Positions 1 through 10,230 of a stretch of 64,000 bases of DNA are shown one piece after another. The notes below the pieces were generated by a model. The model was given only the letters and a program-made list of their open reading frames with translations, made no database searches and had not been told where the DNA came from. The position numbers were made by a program, and so were the translations under genes. Positions within the stretch are counted from its first letter, which is position 1; the number at the start of each line of letters is the position of its first letter. Source of the DNA: Nitrosopumilaceae archaeon (lineage in GTDB: Archaea; Thermoproteota; Nitrososphaeria; Nitrososphaerales; Nitrosopumilaceae); assembly GCA_965209085.1 (NCBI GenBank), contig OZ242376.1:1472001-1536000 (forward strand). The letters run 5' to 3'.

Positions 1-13
1 ACCTTGGAGTAGA

Positions 14-949
14 TTAAGATCTAAATGCAGAGTCAACCATCAGTGCAATAAAGAGAACCGCCAGATACGGACTAGAAAATTTAAACAAAATCCACGCCGC
101 ATTCTCGCGCGGATTGAGCATCACCCATATGGAGAGTGCAATCATAAGAGCGCCCGAAGCTGCTGCAGTCCACACGTATGTCAAACCCACCGAAGGGTTC
201 CCATCATCAAGTATTATGAAAATAGGCGCCATACTAAAGAGCACCATAACAGCAGTGCTTGCCGCAATTACCCGGACGGATGTTTTTTCCGATGCTACTG
301 CCGTAAGCATTGGAACGTTTACCTTGTTGTAATCTTCTTTAAAATGTAAAGTCAGTGCCCATATGTGCATGGGTATCCATATGAATACCAGTCCGGCCAT
401 GGCAAGTCCCAAAGTCCACAAATCCAACGTGGTTACTGCCACCCATCCGATTAGCGGCGGTGAGCCTCCGCAGAGTCCGCCAAGTATTATGTTGGAGCGG
501 CTTCGACGTTTTAGAGCGTACGAGTATACAAGGACGTTGTTTGCCAATCCAAATGCGATAAACACAACAGCCCATGCACCCTGTACTAGCGTAGTCTCAA
601 AAGATATGGCGCCGGCAGCTACAAGCGAGATTACGGCAAGTACAAGTCCAAAGTTTCTTGCATTATTCGGTGTTATGCGCCCCGAGGGAATTGGGCGATC
701 CTTTGTCCTCTCCATTATTGCATCAATATCCCGGTCATGATAGTTTGTCAGTACGTTTGCAGCAGCTGAACCGGAAGCTACAGAGCCGAGCATTAGTGCC
801 CATGTGGCAACGCTCAGATGCACGCTGTATATGTTGGAAGCAGTTAATGCAGCACCAAAGGCGGTAAATACTAGCAGATACCAGATTTTTGGCTTGCTTA
901 GCTCATAATACGTCAAGACGCGGGTCTTTATTGCGATATTATTTTGCAC
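14..949 (-). CDS. cyoE: Protoheme IX farnesyltransferase (heme o synthase)
   Basis: UbiA family: YYELSKPKI N-terminus, NYHDRDIDAIMERTKDRPIPSGRI motif, WIPMHIWAL and EDYNKVNVPML motifs, multiple TM helices; GTG start. Confidence 0.95.
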   Translation of the reverse strand: MQNNIAIKTRVLTYYELSKPKIWYLLVFTAFGAALTASNIYSVHLSVATWALMLGSVASGSAAANVLTNYHDRDIDAIMERTKDRPIPSGRITPNNARNFGLVLAVISLVAAGAISFETTLVQGAWAVVFIAFGLANNVLVYSYALKRRSRSNIILGGLCGGSPPLIGWVAVTTLDLWTLGLAMAGLVFIWIPMHIWALTLHFKEDYNKVNVPMLTAVASEKTSVRVIAASTAVMVLFSMAPIFIILDDGNPSVGLTYVWTAAASGALMIALSIWVMLNPRENAAWILFKFSSPYLAVLFIALMVDSAFRS

Positions 950-952
950 AGT

Positions 953-1414
953 CTACACCTTGCCGTACGGCACCTGATTTTCACGTACACTCATTTCTAT
1001 AAAGCTCTCCGATGAGAGCACCCCTTCAACTTTGCCAATTTTTTCAGATATTACATCGTGCATCTCGGCAAGTGTTTTAGCGTATGCGGTAATTAGCACG
1101 TCAAATCTGCCGGTCACTTCGGATATTTTTCTCACGCCATCTATTTGAAGTAGTGAGGCAATAACGTTTTCGTGCATTTTTGAGTTCATGTTTACCCCTA
1201 TGAGTGATTTTACATCATATCCAAGCTTGCGATCGTCAATTGCCACGGTAAATTTTTTTATAATCTTTTTTCTAGTCAGGCTTTTAATTCTAGAATATAC
1301 AACGCTGGAATTTACGTGTATTTTTTTGGAGATTTTTGGAATTGATACGGAAGCATCATTTGAAAGCTCAGAGAGTATCATCATATCAATTTTGTCTATT
1401 TTTAACACATTCAA
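953..1414 (-). CDS. Lrp/AsnC family transcriptional regulator
   Basis: DKIDMMIL..L..DAS HTH start and C-terminal RAM domain (EVTGRFDVLI). Confidence 0.9.
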   Translation of the reverse strand: MNVLKIDKIDMMILSELSNDASVSIPKISKKIHVNSSVVYSRIKSLTRKKIIKKFTVAIDDRKLGYDVKSLIGVNMNSKMHENVIASLLQIDGVRKISEVTGRFDVLITAYAKTLAEMHDVISEKIGKVEGVLSSESFIEMSVRENQVPYGKV

Positions 1415-1566
1415 GGCATTTTTTTTGTAATTTATAAGCCTTGGTTGGTTTTTATCGGGTCATATTGCATATACTGACGGGCGTTTTTTTTTTTCAAAGT
1501 TGAAATGATCACAGGAGGTATATCCCACATGGGCAATAAGCGGTCTTGTTATGCATTGGGGCGTTT

Positions 1567-2646
1567 TCATATTTTGCCTTTTTCAAGCAGCATTTCTGCC
1601 AAAAGAACCGCGCCTTTTGCAGAACCCATCTTTTTGTTGTGTGAAAATAGCATGTATTTTAGCCCGTGCTCAAAGAGATCCTCTTTTTGGACGCGGCCGA
1701 TGGTGGTGGTCATCCCGCCACCCACTGCTCTCTCCAAACGCGGCTGTGGTCTTGACGGATCCGTATGAAATGCATAGTAATGTTCAGGAGCTGAGGGCAG
1801 ACCGGCTATAGAGATGTTTTTGTTTTCTTTTGCATACAGCTCTTCAGCCTTTGCTGCATCAATATCAGATGATGTTTCCACAAAGACTGATTCTGTGTGC
1901 CCGTCTATTACCGGCACACGCGTGCACGTGCTGCTTATCCTAATGTCCGCATCCTTTATGACATCGCCGTCAATTTTTCCCAGTATTTTGCGTGTTTCAT
2001 CGCGCACCTTGTCCTCTTCTTTTGCAATATACGGGATAATGTTGTCGCTTATCTGCATGGCTGAGACTCCCGGCGATCTGCCTCCTCCGGATATTGCCTG
2101 CATTGAGGTCATCATTACTTTTTTTGCCCCGTATTTCTCGTAGAGCGGTTTCAACGTTATTGCAAGACCCGTGGTGGTGCAGTTTGGCAGCGGTGCCACC
2201 CATCCTTTCCAGTTGCGGTTTTTCTTTTGCACGTCCAAAAGATCCGCATGATCGTCGTTTATTCCAGGTATTAGTATTGGAACGTCTGAATCGTACCTGT
2301 ATGCAGAACTAGTTGATATTACAGGTAAAATTTTTGCAAATTTTGTCTCAATATCGCGTGCCGCTTCAGATTCTACTGCTGAAAATATCAGATCCAGGTT
2401 GTCTGTATCAATATCATCCACAGATTTAACTGTCATATTTTTCACATATGATGGAATATTTCCATCAACTTCCCATTGTATAATTCCATCCGTGTTTTTT
2501 ATCGCATCCAAATAATTTTTCCCGGCGCTTTTGGGAGATGCAGCTATCTGATCTACCTCAAACCACGGATGATTCTCCAAAGACTGGATAAACTCCTGAC
2601 CTACAGAACCTGTGGCACCCACTATGCATACCCGTTTTTTATCCAT
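1567..2646 (-). CDS. asd: Aspartate-semialdehyde dehydrogenase
   Basis: GATGSVGQ Rossmann motif, catalytic PNCTT, MQAISGGG, CTRVPVIDGH; start placed at ATG 2646 (MDKK). Confidence 0.95.
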   Translation of the reverse strand: MDKKRVCIVGATGSVGQEFIQSLENHPWFEVDQIAASPKSAGKNYLDAIKNTDGIIQWEVDGNIPSYVKNMTVKSVDDIDTDNLDLIFSAVESEAARDIETKFAKILPVISTSSAYRYDSDVPILIPGINDDHADLLDVQKKNRNWKGWVAPLPNCTTTGLAITLKPLYEKYGAKKVMMTSMQAISGGGRSPGVSAMQISDNIIPYIAKEEDKVRDETRKILGKIDGDVIKDADIRISSTCTRVPVIDGHTESVFVETSSDIDAAKAEELYAKENKNISIAGLPSAPEHYYAFHTDPSRPQPRLERAVGGGMTTTIGRVQKEDLFEHGLKYMLFSHNKKMGSAKGAVLLAEMLLEKGKI

Positions 2647-2919
2647 GGTAAAATGCCTCATAGACTGCGTTATTATCCTTTGTGAGTGTGATTCTGTAAT
2701 ATATTATCCCAAGTCATATACCCCCCAGGACCCTGAGTGCAGTTTTTAGTCAGTATGCCAGGTGTTGCAAGAGACATGTGTATGCCTGTACAATATCTGA
2801 GTGTCATTTCATTCAACGGATATATGGTTTATCAGATGCCCCATCATATATCCCTCTAGAAATGGTTTGTGCCATACATTCAAGATGCAGATATAAAAAC
2901 AACCAAACGCCATACAATC

Positions 2920-3801
2920 ATGATGCTAGAATACGACTATCCGCTGTACAGACCGCCTTCTGAGGCCAAATCGCTAATATTTCAGGTTACGTTAGGCTGC
3001 TCTTTTAACGAATGTTCTTTTTGTGACATGTACCGCACCAAGGAATATTCACAGAGGCCATGGGAGCAGGTAAAATCTGAAATTGACATAGCATCAGCCA
3101 TGCAGTCAGATGTTGAGAAAATATTTTTGGCCGACGGGGATGCACTAAATCTTGATTCTGAATATATGATAAAAATTCTAAATTACATACGCATGAAATT
3201 TCCAAACGTAAAGAGAATATCATCATATGCTATGCCCATGAACGTTTTAAAGAAAACACCAGAGGAGCTCAAAGCCATGCATAATGCAGGATTGGGCATG
3301 CTGTATCTTGGAGTGGAAAGTGGCTCAGATATAGTGTTAAAAATGGTTACCAAAGGTGCGCTCGGGGACACGATAATCCGTGCAGTGAATAAAGCAAAAG
3401 ATGCCGGATATACAATGTCCTGCATGATAATACTCGGTCTTGGTGGGAAAAAATACACAAAGGAGCATATCGAGGGAACGGTGCACGTGATAAACGCATG
3501 CGCGCCAAACTATGTCGGCGCACTTACATTATATCTTGAAAACGGAATAAAACAGGAATTTTTGGAAAAGTATGACGGAGAATTTGAACGCATATCGGAT
3601 GCTGACGCATTAGATGAGCTTGAAAGACTTGTACGCGGAATTAACGTTGGAAGCGAGGTCATATTCAGGGCAAATCACGGATCAAACGCATTTTATATTA
3701 AAGGTACGTTTCCATCAGATAAGGATCTCATGCTTGGGCAGATTGCACATATGAGAGAAAATCCGCAGATGGCAAGGCCGGAAGGTCTGCGCGGATTTTA
3801 G
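2920..3801 (+). CDS. Radical SAM protein, function unknown
   Basis: YRPPSEA N-terminus, GCSFNECSFCDMY (CxxxCxxC), FLADGDAL, GVESGS, FRANHGSN; start moved to ATG 2920. Confidence 0.88.
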   Translation: MMLEYDYPLYRPPSEAKSLIFQVTLGCSFNECSFCDMYRTKEYSQRPWEQVKSEIDIASAMQSDVEKIFLADGDALNLDSEYMIKILNYIRMKFPNVKRISSYAMPMNVLKKTPEELKAMHNAGLGMLYLGVESGSDIVLKMVTKGALGDTIIRAVNKAKDAGYTMSCMIILGLGGKKYTKEHIEGTVHVINACAPNYVGALTLYLENGIKQEFLEKYDGEFERISDADALDELERLVRGINVGSEVIFRANHGSNAFYIKGTFPSDKDLMLGQIAHMRENPQMARPEGLRGF

Positions 3802-4190
3802 ATCCAGCTGCCGTTTGATAATTTTACCACTTTGGTTACAACAACAGTATACGCGCCGTTGAATATGTTTACCGTGTTTTCTCCGTCCACGTTTTTGACG
3901 CGGAATTTGTATTCGTATGTTCCATCCTCTCCCACACTAGCTTGTGCAAAATGCACCGGTAAATTTTCAGAATAGATTTGTATAATTACAGGATATCCTT
4001 TGGCATGATTTGCCACCATGCCTTCCACGTATCCCCACGGCAGATTATTGTCCGGATTTACCTGAAAATTCAAAATCGTTTTTTCAAGTGCAAGCGAATT
4101 TCCAATGGGTAAAAGTTCAGTCTGGGATTCTGCGTGGGCTATGGCAAAAATCATGGATACTGCGACTAGTGCTACAAATACTGCATACAT
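3798..4190 (-). CDS. Secreted hypothetical protein
   Basis: Signal-peptide-like N-terminus (AHA cleavage) and beta-rich body; 3' end overlaps the convergent radical SAM gene by 4 bp. Confidence 0.7.
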   Translation of the reverse strand: MYAVFVALVAVSMIFAIAHAESQTELLPIGNSLALEKTILNFQVNPDNNLPWGYVEGMVANHAKGYPVIIQIYSENLPVHFAQASVGEDGTYEYKFRVKNVDGENTVNIFNGAYTVVVTKVVKLSNGSWI

Positions 4191-4291
4191 TGATATGATA
4201 CAGACATGGTTTGAATTTAAGGTTTGTTTTTGTTAAATTATAATCCAACGGCGATATCTGTGCCTGAAAATACGGATTTTAGGCTAAAGAT

Positions 4292-4864
4292 GTGAGAAAC
4301 GCGTATATGCAATATTTGCCAACATATATCATGGACAATCTGACTGCACCTATAAGGCATATATCGGCGGTAGGTTTTGTTTTAAAAAATAAAAGATATG
4401 CTGCTGCGGCAATGGTTTTTTCATTTTGTTTGGGCATTTTGTACTGGTTTGTAACAATGCCGCAATTTTTACAGCATTTTGATACAGTTTTGGCAGCTGA
4501 ACCTCTGGTTGCGATAGGCAGAATTGCAATAATTATGGCAGTTGCCATCATTGGCGGAATAAACATTTCGCTTGTGATCTTTAGATTGCGCATCAAAACA
4601 CGGGCATCATGCTGTAGCGGCATGAAAAAGGCCGGAGGCGGAATATTTGGAGGTGCGCTCTCAGCATTTACCCCGGGGTGTCCTGCATGTACGTCTTTGC
4701 TTAGCGTTGCGCTGGGCACTGTAGGAGGTCTTGCGGCACTGCCGTTTGGGGGATCAGAATTGATGCTAATTGCGCTAGGCGCTGTAACATTTTCCATGTT
4801 TTGGCAGAGTCGCGATATATACAAAATTAACAGCATACAGCGGGTTTCAAAAACAAAACTTTAG
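4292..4864 (+). CDS. Membrane protein with CC and CPAC motifs
   Basis: About 4 hydrophobic helices; ASCCSG and PGCPAC cysteine motifs; true start may lie downstream. Confidence 0.65.
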   Translation: MRNAYMQYLPTYIMDNLTAPIRHISAVGFVLKNKRYAAAAMVFSFCLGILYWFVTMPQFLQHFDTVLAAEPLVAIGRIAIIMAVAIIGGINISLVIFRLRIKTRASCCSGMKKAGGGIFGGALSAFTPGCPACTSLLSVALGTVGGLAALPFGGSELMLIALGAVTFSMFWQSRDIYKINSIQRVSKTKL

Positions 4865-4895
4865 GTTTAAATGGATTTTTCAAATTTGTTACAAC

Positions 4896-4969
4896 GGGCC
4901 CATAGTCCAGTTGGTTATGACGTCGCCCTTACACGGCGAAGATCCAGGGTTCAAATCCCTGTGGGCCCA
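4896..4969 (+). tRNA. tRNA-Val(TAC)
   Basis: GGGCCCA/TGGGCCC acceptor stem, anticodon arm TCGCC-CTTACAC-GGCGA, T arm CAGGG-TTCAAAT-CCCTG. Confidence 0.97.
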
Positions 4970-5262
4970 TCCCCTCCAGATCTCAAAGCTGGGGCTTTAC
5001 AAAATGCGATCAGAATTTCAGACCAAATGCGTTATCCCTCTGGCATAACTTTGCCTTTTTGTACGCTGACAAATTTCCATCAAGTATTGATTCTGCCTGT
5101 TTTAAATTCACCATGTGCCAGCTTGGATGTTTTGCCGGCATTTGGGTTTTGAATTACCCCACGGTATTGCAAAGCTGTTTTGTGCGTATATGGAAAAATG
5201 ATATGATAACGTGCATGCAAAATACACCTATAAGCAGAATCTTAAAGTGGGCATAAATCACG

Positions 5263-6675
5263 ATGTTGTATATGGAAAAAATCACGGTTGCAAAGTTTGG
5301 TGGAAGTACCATAGGAATGTGTGGTATCGGCATTGCAGAAATAGTAGAGAGAATACAATACCTTGCAAAAGAATCCAAAGTAGTGGCCGTATTTTCCGCA
5401 CCTCTCTCTAAAGAAGAAAGCGGCAGATATTCTGTAACCGATATTATGTTGGATATTGGCAATGCTGCAGAATCTAACACCGCGTATGATTTGAATCGCA
5501 TAAAGCGGGTCTACGACGGAGTGTTGGAGAATATTCCAGAGAAATGCCGCCAATCATGCAAAAAAATCATAGATGAATATATTGAAAAATGCACACAGAC
5601 ACTTGGATCAGCTGCGGATGGAAAATTTGCAGACGAGATTCGATCAAAGGCGTTGGCATATTCAGGAGAGCTGTTAATGTCCGATATTATGAACAAAGTG
5701 TTAGGTGAGAGCGGCCTTGTCTCAAATGCAGTATCATTTGATTCGTGGCCCATCATCACGGACGATAATATAGAATCCACCAATTTCCTGTATTCAAAAT
5801 CCGAACAGCACCTTCCTGAAATTCTCAGACTAGTGGAAACGTGCGACGTGGTAACGATAGGCGGATTCATCGGTAAAACTGTAGACGGTACTGTCACCAC
5901 TTACGAGAGGGGGGGTTCTGACAGAACTGCCGTGGACATTGGAATATTGCTGCATAAGAAATTTAACGTAAGCGTAAACTTTGAAAAAGATTTTGCAGTG
6001 TATTCTGCTGATCCAAGAATAGTTAAAGACGGCAGTATGATTGCCGAGCTCTCATACAATGAAGCAAAGCTTGCAGCCACTTTTGGTATGAAAATACTAG
6101 ATCCCATAGCCATAAAGGAAATACACGACTGCGGTGCAGAGATACAGCTTATCGTCTCAAATACGAAAAATCCCAAAGAATTTACCTCAATATGCAGGGA
6201 TTTGAAAACATCCCCTCCAAATCCGCTGAAAATTGTCACAGGTAAAAAAAACTGCGTCATATTAAGAATAGAGAAAAAACCCGGCGAAGAAATGTTATAT
6301 TCGCTTGAAAATGAAAAAAGATACGGCGAATTTGTTGTTTTATCCCCGTTTTACCGTGACGGGTTGGAATTTTCCAGAATTCTCTTTTTGGATGGCGATT
6401 ATGTTAAAAGAAACGAAAAATATTTTTTGGCATTTGATTCGCTTGCATCCATTACGTACAAACGCGCGGCCATAACGATGATTGGTGATGAGATGTGGCG
6501 TGCCCAAAACATTGTGGCAAGGATAAGCTCGCGACTAGGTCAGGCAGACATTAACATACTAAACATGGACGCACAGGAGGAAACATCCAGGGTGATAATC
6601 ATAACCGAAGATGCAGACGATATTCTGGAGAGATCCATAAGGGCAATACATTTGGAAAGATCAAAGTTGGTCTGA
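5263..6675 (+). CDS. lysC: Aspartate kinase
   Basis: VAKFGGST, SGELL, GGFIG, YERGGSDRTA, VYSADPRIV, ELSYNEA motifs and C-terminal ACT-like domain. Confidence 0.9.
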   Translation: MLYMEKITVAKFGGSTIGMCGIGIAEIVERIQYLAKESKVVAVFSAPLSKEESGRYSVTDIMLDIGNAAESNTAYDLNRIKRVYDGVLENIPEKCRQSCKKIIDEYIEKCTQTLGSAADGKFADEIRSKALAYSGELLMSDIMNKVLGESGLVSNAVSFDSWPIITDDNIESTNFLYSKSEQHLPEILRLVETCDVVTIGGFIGKTVDGTVTTYERGGSDRTAVDIGILLHKKFNVSVNFEKDFAVYSADPRIVKDGSMIAELSYNEAKLAATFGMKILDPIAIKEIHDCGAEIQLIVSNTKNPKEFTSICRDLKTSPPNPLKIVTGKKNCVILRIEKKPGEEMLYSLENEKRYGEFVVLSPFYRDGLEFSRILFLDGDYVKRNEKYFLAFDSLASITYKRAAITMIGDEMWRAQNIVARISSRLGQADINILNMDAQEETSRVIIITEDADDILERSIRAIHLERSKLV

Positions 6676-6755
6676 CCAGTCGATTGACTGGTCCTACCAA
6701 CGGGGGTTTTTTCTCGAGCCATAGTCTAGAACTAGCTCTGGCGTTACCCTAAACA
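6666..6755. ncRNA. Candidate two-hairpin structured RNA (H/ACA-like on + strand, or antisense sRNA on - strand)
   Basis: Hairpin GTTGGT-CT-GACCAGTC-GATT-GACTGGTC-CT-ACCAAC followed by GGGT[pocket]GAGC..GCTC[pocket]ACCC and an ACA 14 nt from the upper stem. Confidence 0.4.
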
Positions 6756-6780
6756 CGCTGTATTGTGTACACAATCAGAG

Positions 6781-6801
6781 TATATAGACATGATCTATAT
6801 A
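6781..6801. promoter_or_regulatory. Palindrome TATATAGA-N5-TCTATATA upstream of mtnA
   Basis: Perfect 8-bp inverted repeat; TATA-like on both strands. Confidence 0.35.
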
Positions 6802-6906
6802 GTTTCAGTCTGCCGTATATTTTAGACCCTCATACAGGCATGGCATAAAATGAAATTTGATTTGCAATTTGAGTTATTTTAAATAAAACCTTTTTGGGTT
6901 TTAAAC

Positions 6907-7959
6907 ATGTCAAATAATCTTATGCGGACCGTTGAATGGAAAGACGGCAAAGTGGTCATGGTGGATCAGAGCAAGCTTCCAGGCGAGCTTGTTTTTGTAG
7001 AATATACAAAGTACGAGCAGGTGGCAGAGGCGATAAAAACCCTAGTTGTGCGGGGCGCTCCGGCAATCGGCGTTTCTGGAGCATTTGGCATGGCATTGGC
7101 AGCGCAACAAAGCGGTGCGGATTCAAAAAAAGACATAATTGAAGATTTAAAGACTGCAAAGGATGTTCTTCAAAAAACACGGCCCACGGCGGTAAATCTC
7201 AAATGGGGTTTGGAGAAGATAATGGATGCAGCGTGCGGAACTGACGGTGATGCGCGCTCTGTACGGGATGTTATCATATGCAAATCAAAACAGATGGCAG
7301 AGGATGATATTGCAATAAATAAAATGATGGGTAAAAACGGTGCAACCCTCTTTGGTGAAAAAGAAACCGTAATGACCCACTGCAATGCAGGAGCTTTGGC
7401 AACTGTAGCGTATGGAACCGCGCTTGGAGTAATACGTGCGGTGCGCGAGGGAGGCAAACAAATCAAGGTCATAGCTACTGAGACGCGTCCCGTACAACAG
7501 GGTTCAAGACTGACTGCTTTTGAGCTGCAACATGACGGTTTTGATGTTAGTCTTATTCCCGATACTGCAGTCGGATATGTAATGTCCCAGGGTCTAGTAG
7601 ACAGGGTCATAGTTGGAGCTGATCGCATACTGCGGACAGGTCACGTTTACAATAAAATCGGCACATACCAGGTTGCCACGATGGCCAAACGGCACAACGT
7701 ACCGTTTTATGTTGCAGCCCCTCTCTCCACGTTTGACATGCAAAGTGATCCAAAAGACGTCGTAATAGAACAGCGCAGTGGTCAGGAAGTTGTCAGAATT
7801 GGAGACATGAAAACCGCGCCAGATGGAATCAGCGTCATAAATCCGGCATTTGATCAGACCCCTCCAGAGCTTGTATCATGCATTATAACTGAGGCTGGCA
7901 TTGCAAAACCCCCATACGAGGAATCAATAAAGAATCTTTTCAAATCCACCTCGAATTAA
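6907..7959 (+). CDS. mtnA: S-methyl-5-thioribose-1-phosphate isomerase
   Basis: VRGAPAIG, TRPTAVNL, MTHCNAGALAT, ETRPVQQGSRLT, NKIGTY, NPAFDQTP. Confidence 0.95.
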   Translation: MSNNLMRTVEWKDGKVVMVDQSKLPGELVFVEYTKYEQVAEAIKTLVVRGAPAIGVSGAFGMALAAQQSGADSKKDIIEDLKTAKDVLQKTRPTAVNLKWGLEKIMDAACGTDGDARSVRDVIICKSKQMAEDDIAINKMMGKNGATLFGEKETVMTHCNAGALATVAYGTALGVIRAVREGGKQIKVIATETRPVQQGSRLTAFELQHDGFDVSLIPDTAVGYVMSQGLVDRVIVGADRILRTGHVYNKIGTYQVATMAKRHNVPFYVAAPLSTFDMQSDPKDVVIEQRSGQEVVRIGDMKTAPDGISVINPAFDQTPPELVSCIITEAGIAKPPYEESIKNLFKSTSN

Positions 7960-8684
7960 ACGGTATTTTATGAACGCGTTTGCACAGATTTTATAAAATT
8001 GCAGAAAAGTGTCGAGTTGGAATTTTGTTCAATTCTGCATGGCTAAATTTAGTGTTAAAGATTAAAAGATGATCTAATCTAGATAACTAATACTTTTATT
8101 TAGAAAGCATATTTTTTGTAAACGTGTAACTTTATCAAATTCTTCTATGAACGGTTTGTTTATGTGAAAAGACTTACCATCGATGTAAATTGTACGCATA
8201 TCCAACAGTGAAATATAGAGATGATGTATTAAAAAAAATTGCGGCCATAAAATATGGTCGCCTATAATCTGCCATTACTTTCATAATGACACCATAAACA
8301 TATTGTACGGATTATGTCAAATATTAATAATTATTTTATTTCTTCTCATATTCTACGCACGGATCTGCCATACCTTGCAAGTATGACAGTATTTTGAATA
8401 AATGTCTTTTATTTATCATTTCATGTTATAACAATCTCCGCACATTGCCGCGCGATTTTGGTAGTATGGTATTTGATGCAACATATATTCCATGTAACAT
8501 ATGCATGCTTGGCCAATATTGACAATACTGACAAGATGTGCATGATTCGCCAGTGTGGGATTGAAGAATATATTGCATAATTTTAAATGAGTTTGCTCAG
8601 ATTTTCACAAAAAATACTCATTCATGACCAAGGTCTCATTTTTGCACACTAGACTTATAAGATAATTATTCAAAAATCAAACTG

Positions 8685-9152
8685 TTGAGCGAATCTAGAA
8701 ACAGCAATGCGTACGGGATCGGAACAATTACCGTCATAGTGGGCGTGGCAGTTGCCATTATATTTTACCAGAGCTATTATCTTCCAGAGTCGCTTGAAAA
8801 ACCCTCTGTTGATGAGCACATACTTCATCCAAGCTTTCCAGAAAACATCATAGAAATTATAGCAGGCTCGGCCAACGAAGAGCAGACTGACAATTACATT
8901 CCAAAACTTGTCAACATACAGCTAGGTATTGACAATCACGTGATATGGAAAAACGTAGATGAGACATCGCATACGGTTACGCCGGATCACAGATACTCTG
9001 ACAGTTACAGCGGTGACTTTGGATCCTTGGGAGTGGTAAAACCTGGCGCCGTCTACGAGTTTACATTTACTGACATAGGACACATAGAATACCACTGTGA
9101 ACCGCATCCGTGGATGAAAGGAACTTTGGAGATATCAAAACAGCGGTTTTAA
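8685..9152 (+). CDS. Membrane-anchored blue (type 1) copper / plastocyanin-like protein
   Basis: N-terminal TM helix; W.N.D...HTVT and YHCEPHPWMKG (H, C, H, M ligands); TTG start. Confidence 0.9.
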   Translation: MSESRNSNAYGIGTITVIVGVAVAIIFYQSYYLPESLEKPSVDEHILHPSFPENIIEIIAGSANEEQTDNYIPKLVNIQLGIDNHVIWKNVDETSHTVTPDHRYSDSYSGDFGSLGVVKPGAVYEFTFTDIGHIEYHCEPHPWMKGTLEISKQRF

Positions 9153-9505
9153 TTTGAATATTCGGCAAATATATGGTCGCTTTCAATTTCCTTGTGCTGC
9201 TCTATAATAGAGACGCGAAATTTTACAGTATGCTTTTTTTCCGGTTCAAAGCGGATGAATGCTGTAAATTCAGCAAGATTATCTTTCATAGAATCTTTTG
9301 GTATGAAAAGACGGGTTACATTTTTGTCCACGTTCTTACCGTTGCACATGCTGTATTCCAAGAGTCCGTTTGAATCCTGAATTTGCGTATTTACCACTAT
9401 ACCGTCGTACCGTCCAGTATAGTTTACCTTTACTGTGCCAAGTATTTGCTCGTTTGGCCTAATGTGTGCAGAATTTAGCGAGATTTCAACGTCTTTCATG
9501 TACAA
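9149..9505 (-). CDS. Hypothetical protein
   Basis: 118-aa ORF fitting between neighbouring genes, beta-rich. Confidence 0.65.
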   Translation of the reverse strand: MYMKDVEISLNSAHIRPNEQILGTVKVNYTGRYDGIVVNTQIQDSNGLLEYSMCNGKNVDKNVTRLFIPKDSMKDNLAEFTAFIRFEPEKKHTVKFRVSIIEQHKEIESDHIFAEYSN

Positions 9506-9540
9506 TTACAGTATTGTCTGTAAATAAATAATTTTGCCGC

Positions 9541-10224
9541 CTATTTGGAGGCATCATCGTTTTCCTTTATCGCACGCAACAGGGCCTCTTTTGAGACCAT
9601 TCCGTCTTTTTTCATTTTCTCGTACAGTTCAGCGTATACAAATTCCCTCTCAGAATATTCCATTATTTTCTCAAATTCTTCTTTGAAATAATGCAGATAC
9701 TCCACATCCCCGGTGGTCTCTTTTATGGGCAGGCCGTACGCTCGGGCAAGCGCATCATGTCTTAGACCCTTTATGTGAAAATCATTTAACGGCAGATGCA
9801 TTTGTAAAAAATCCATGGAAGCGGTCTTTTGCATGTTATAGTAGAGTTTTTCCGGATCGTCAATTTTATGGTGCATCATCCTCCCGTATAGGAAAGGCAG
9901 ATCAAATCCGCATATGTTGTGCCCGACGAATTCAAGGCGTCCGCTTTTTACCCTACATACTGTATCATAGAATTTTCCAAGAATCTCCTCCTCTCCATCC
10001 TCCCATTCTTTTAGCCGCCGTATGTGGCCTATTGTGGATATTCTGTATGCTATGAATATGACTTTACCCTCGTACGGATTCAGTGCTCCTGCAGCATATT
10101 TCCAGTATCTTGCAGGATCCGTTCGCCTAGTCAGACTCTCTGATTCAACCTCGCGCTTTGTGGCAAAAAATTCTTCTTTTTCCATGTCCGGAGCGCTCTC
10201 TATATCCAAGAACAGTTCGGTCAT
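9541..10224 (-). CDS. Stand-alone DnaQ/PolB-type 3'-5' exonuclease
   Basis: ExoI LFLDIES, ExoII GHNICGFDLPFL, ExoIII-like IMEYSERE. Confidence 0.8.
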   Translation of the reverse strand: MTELFLDIESAPDMEKEEFFATKREVESESLTRRTDPARYWKYAAGALNPYEGKVIFIAYRISTIGHIRRLKEWEDGEEEILGKFYDTVCRVKSGRLEFVGHNICGFDLPFLYGRMMHHKIDDPEKLYYNMQKTASMDFLQMHLPLNDFHIKGLRHDALARAYGLPIKETTGDVEYLHYFKEEFEKIMEYSEREFVYAELYEKMKKDGMVSKEALLRAIKENDDASK

Positions 10225-10230
10225 GGAGCA

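Noticed and set aside
2690-2900. Intergenic stretch with the inverted repeat GGATATATG...CATATATCC
   Set aside because: Short, AT-rich and single; no recognisable RNA or protein motif.
6825-6835. GACCCTCATAC resembling a MITE TIR
   Set aside because: Contains an indel and no other MITE sequence is adjacent; could be chance.
7960-8684. 725-bp AT-rich gap with short - strand ORFs
   Set aside because: No repeats, structure or recognisable protein motifs found by eye.
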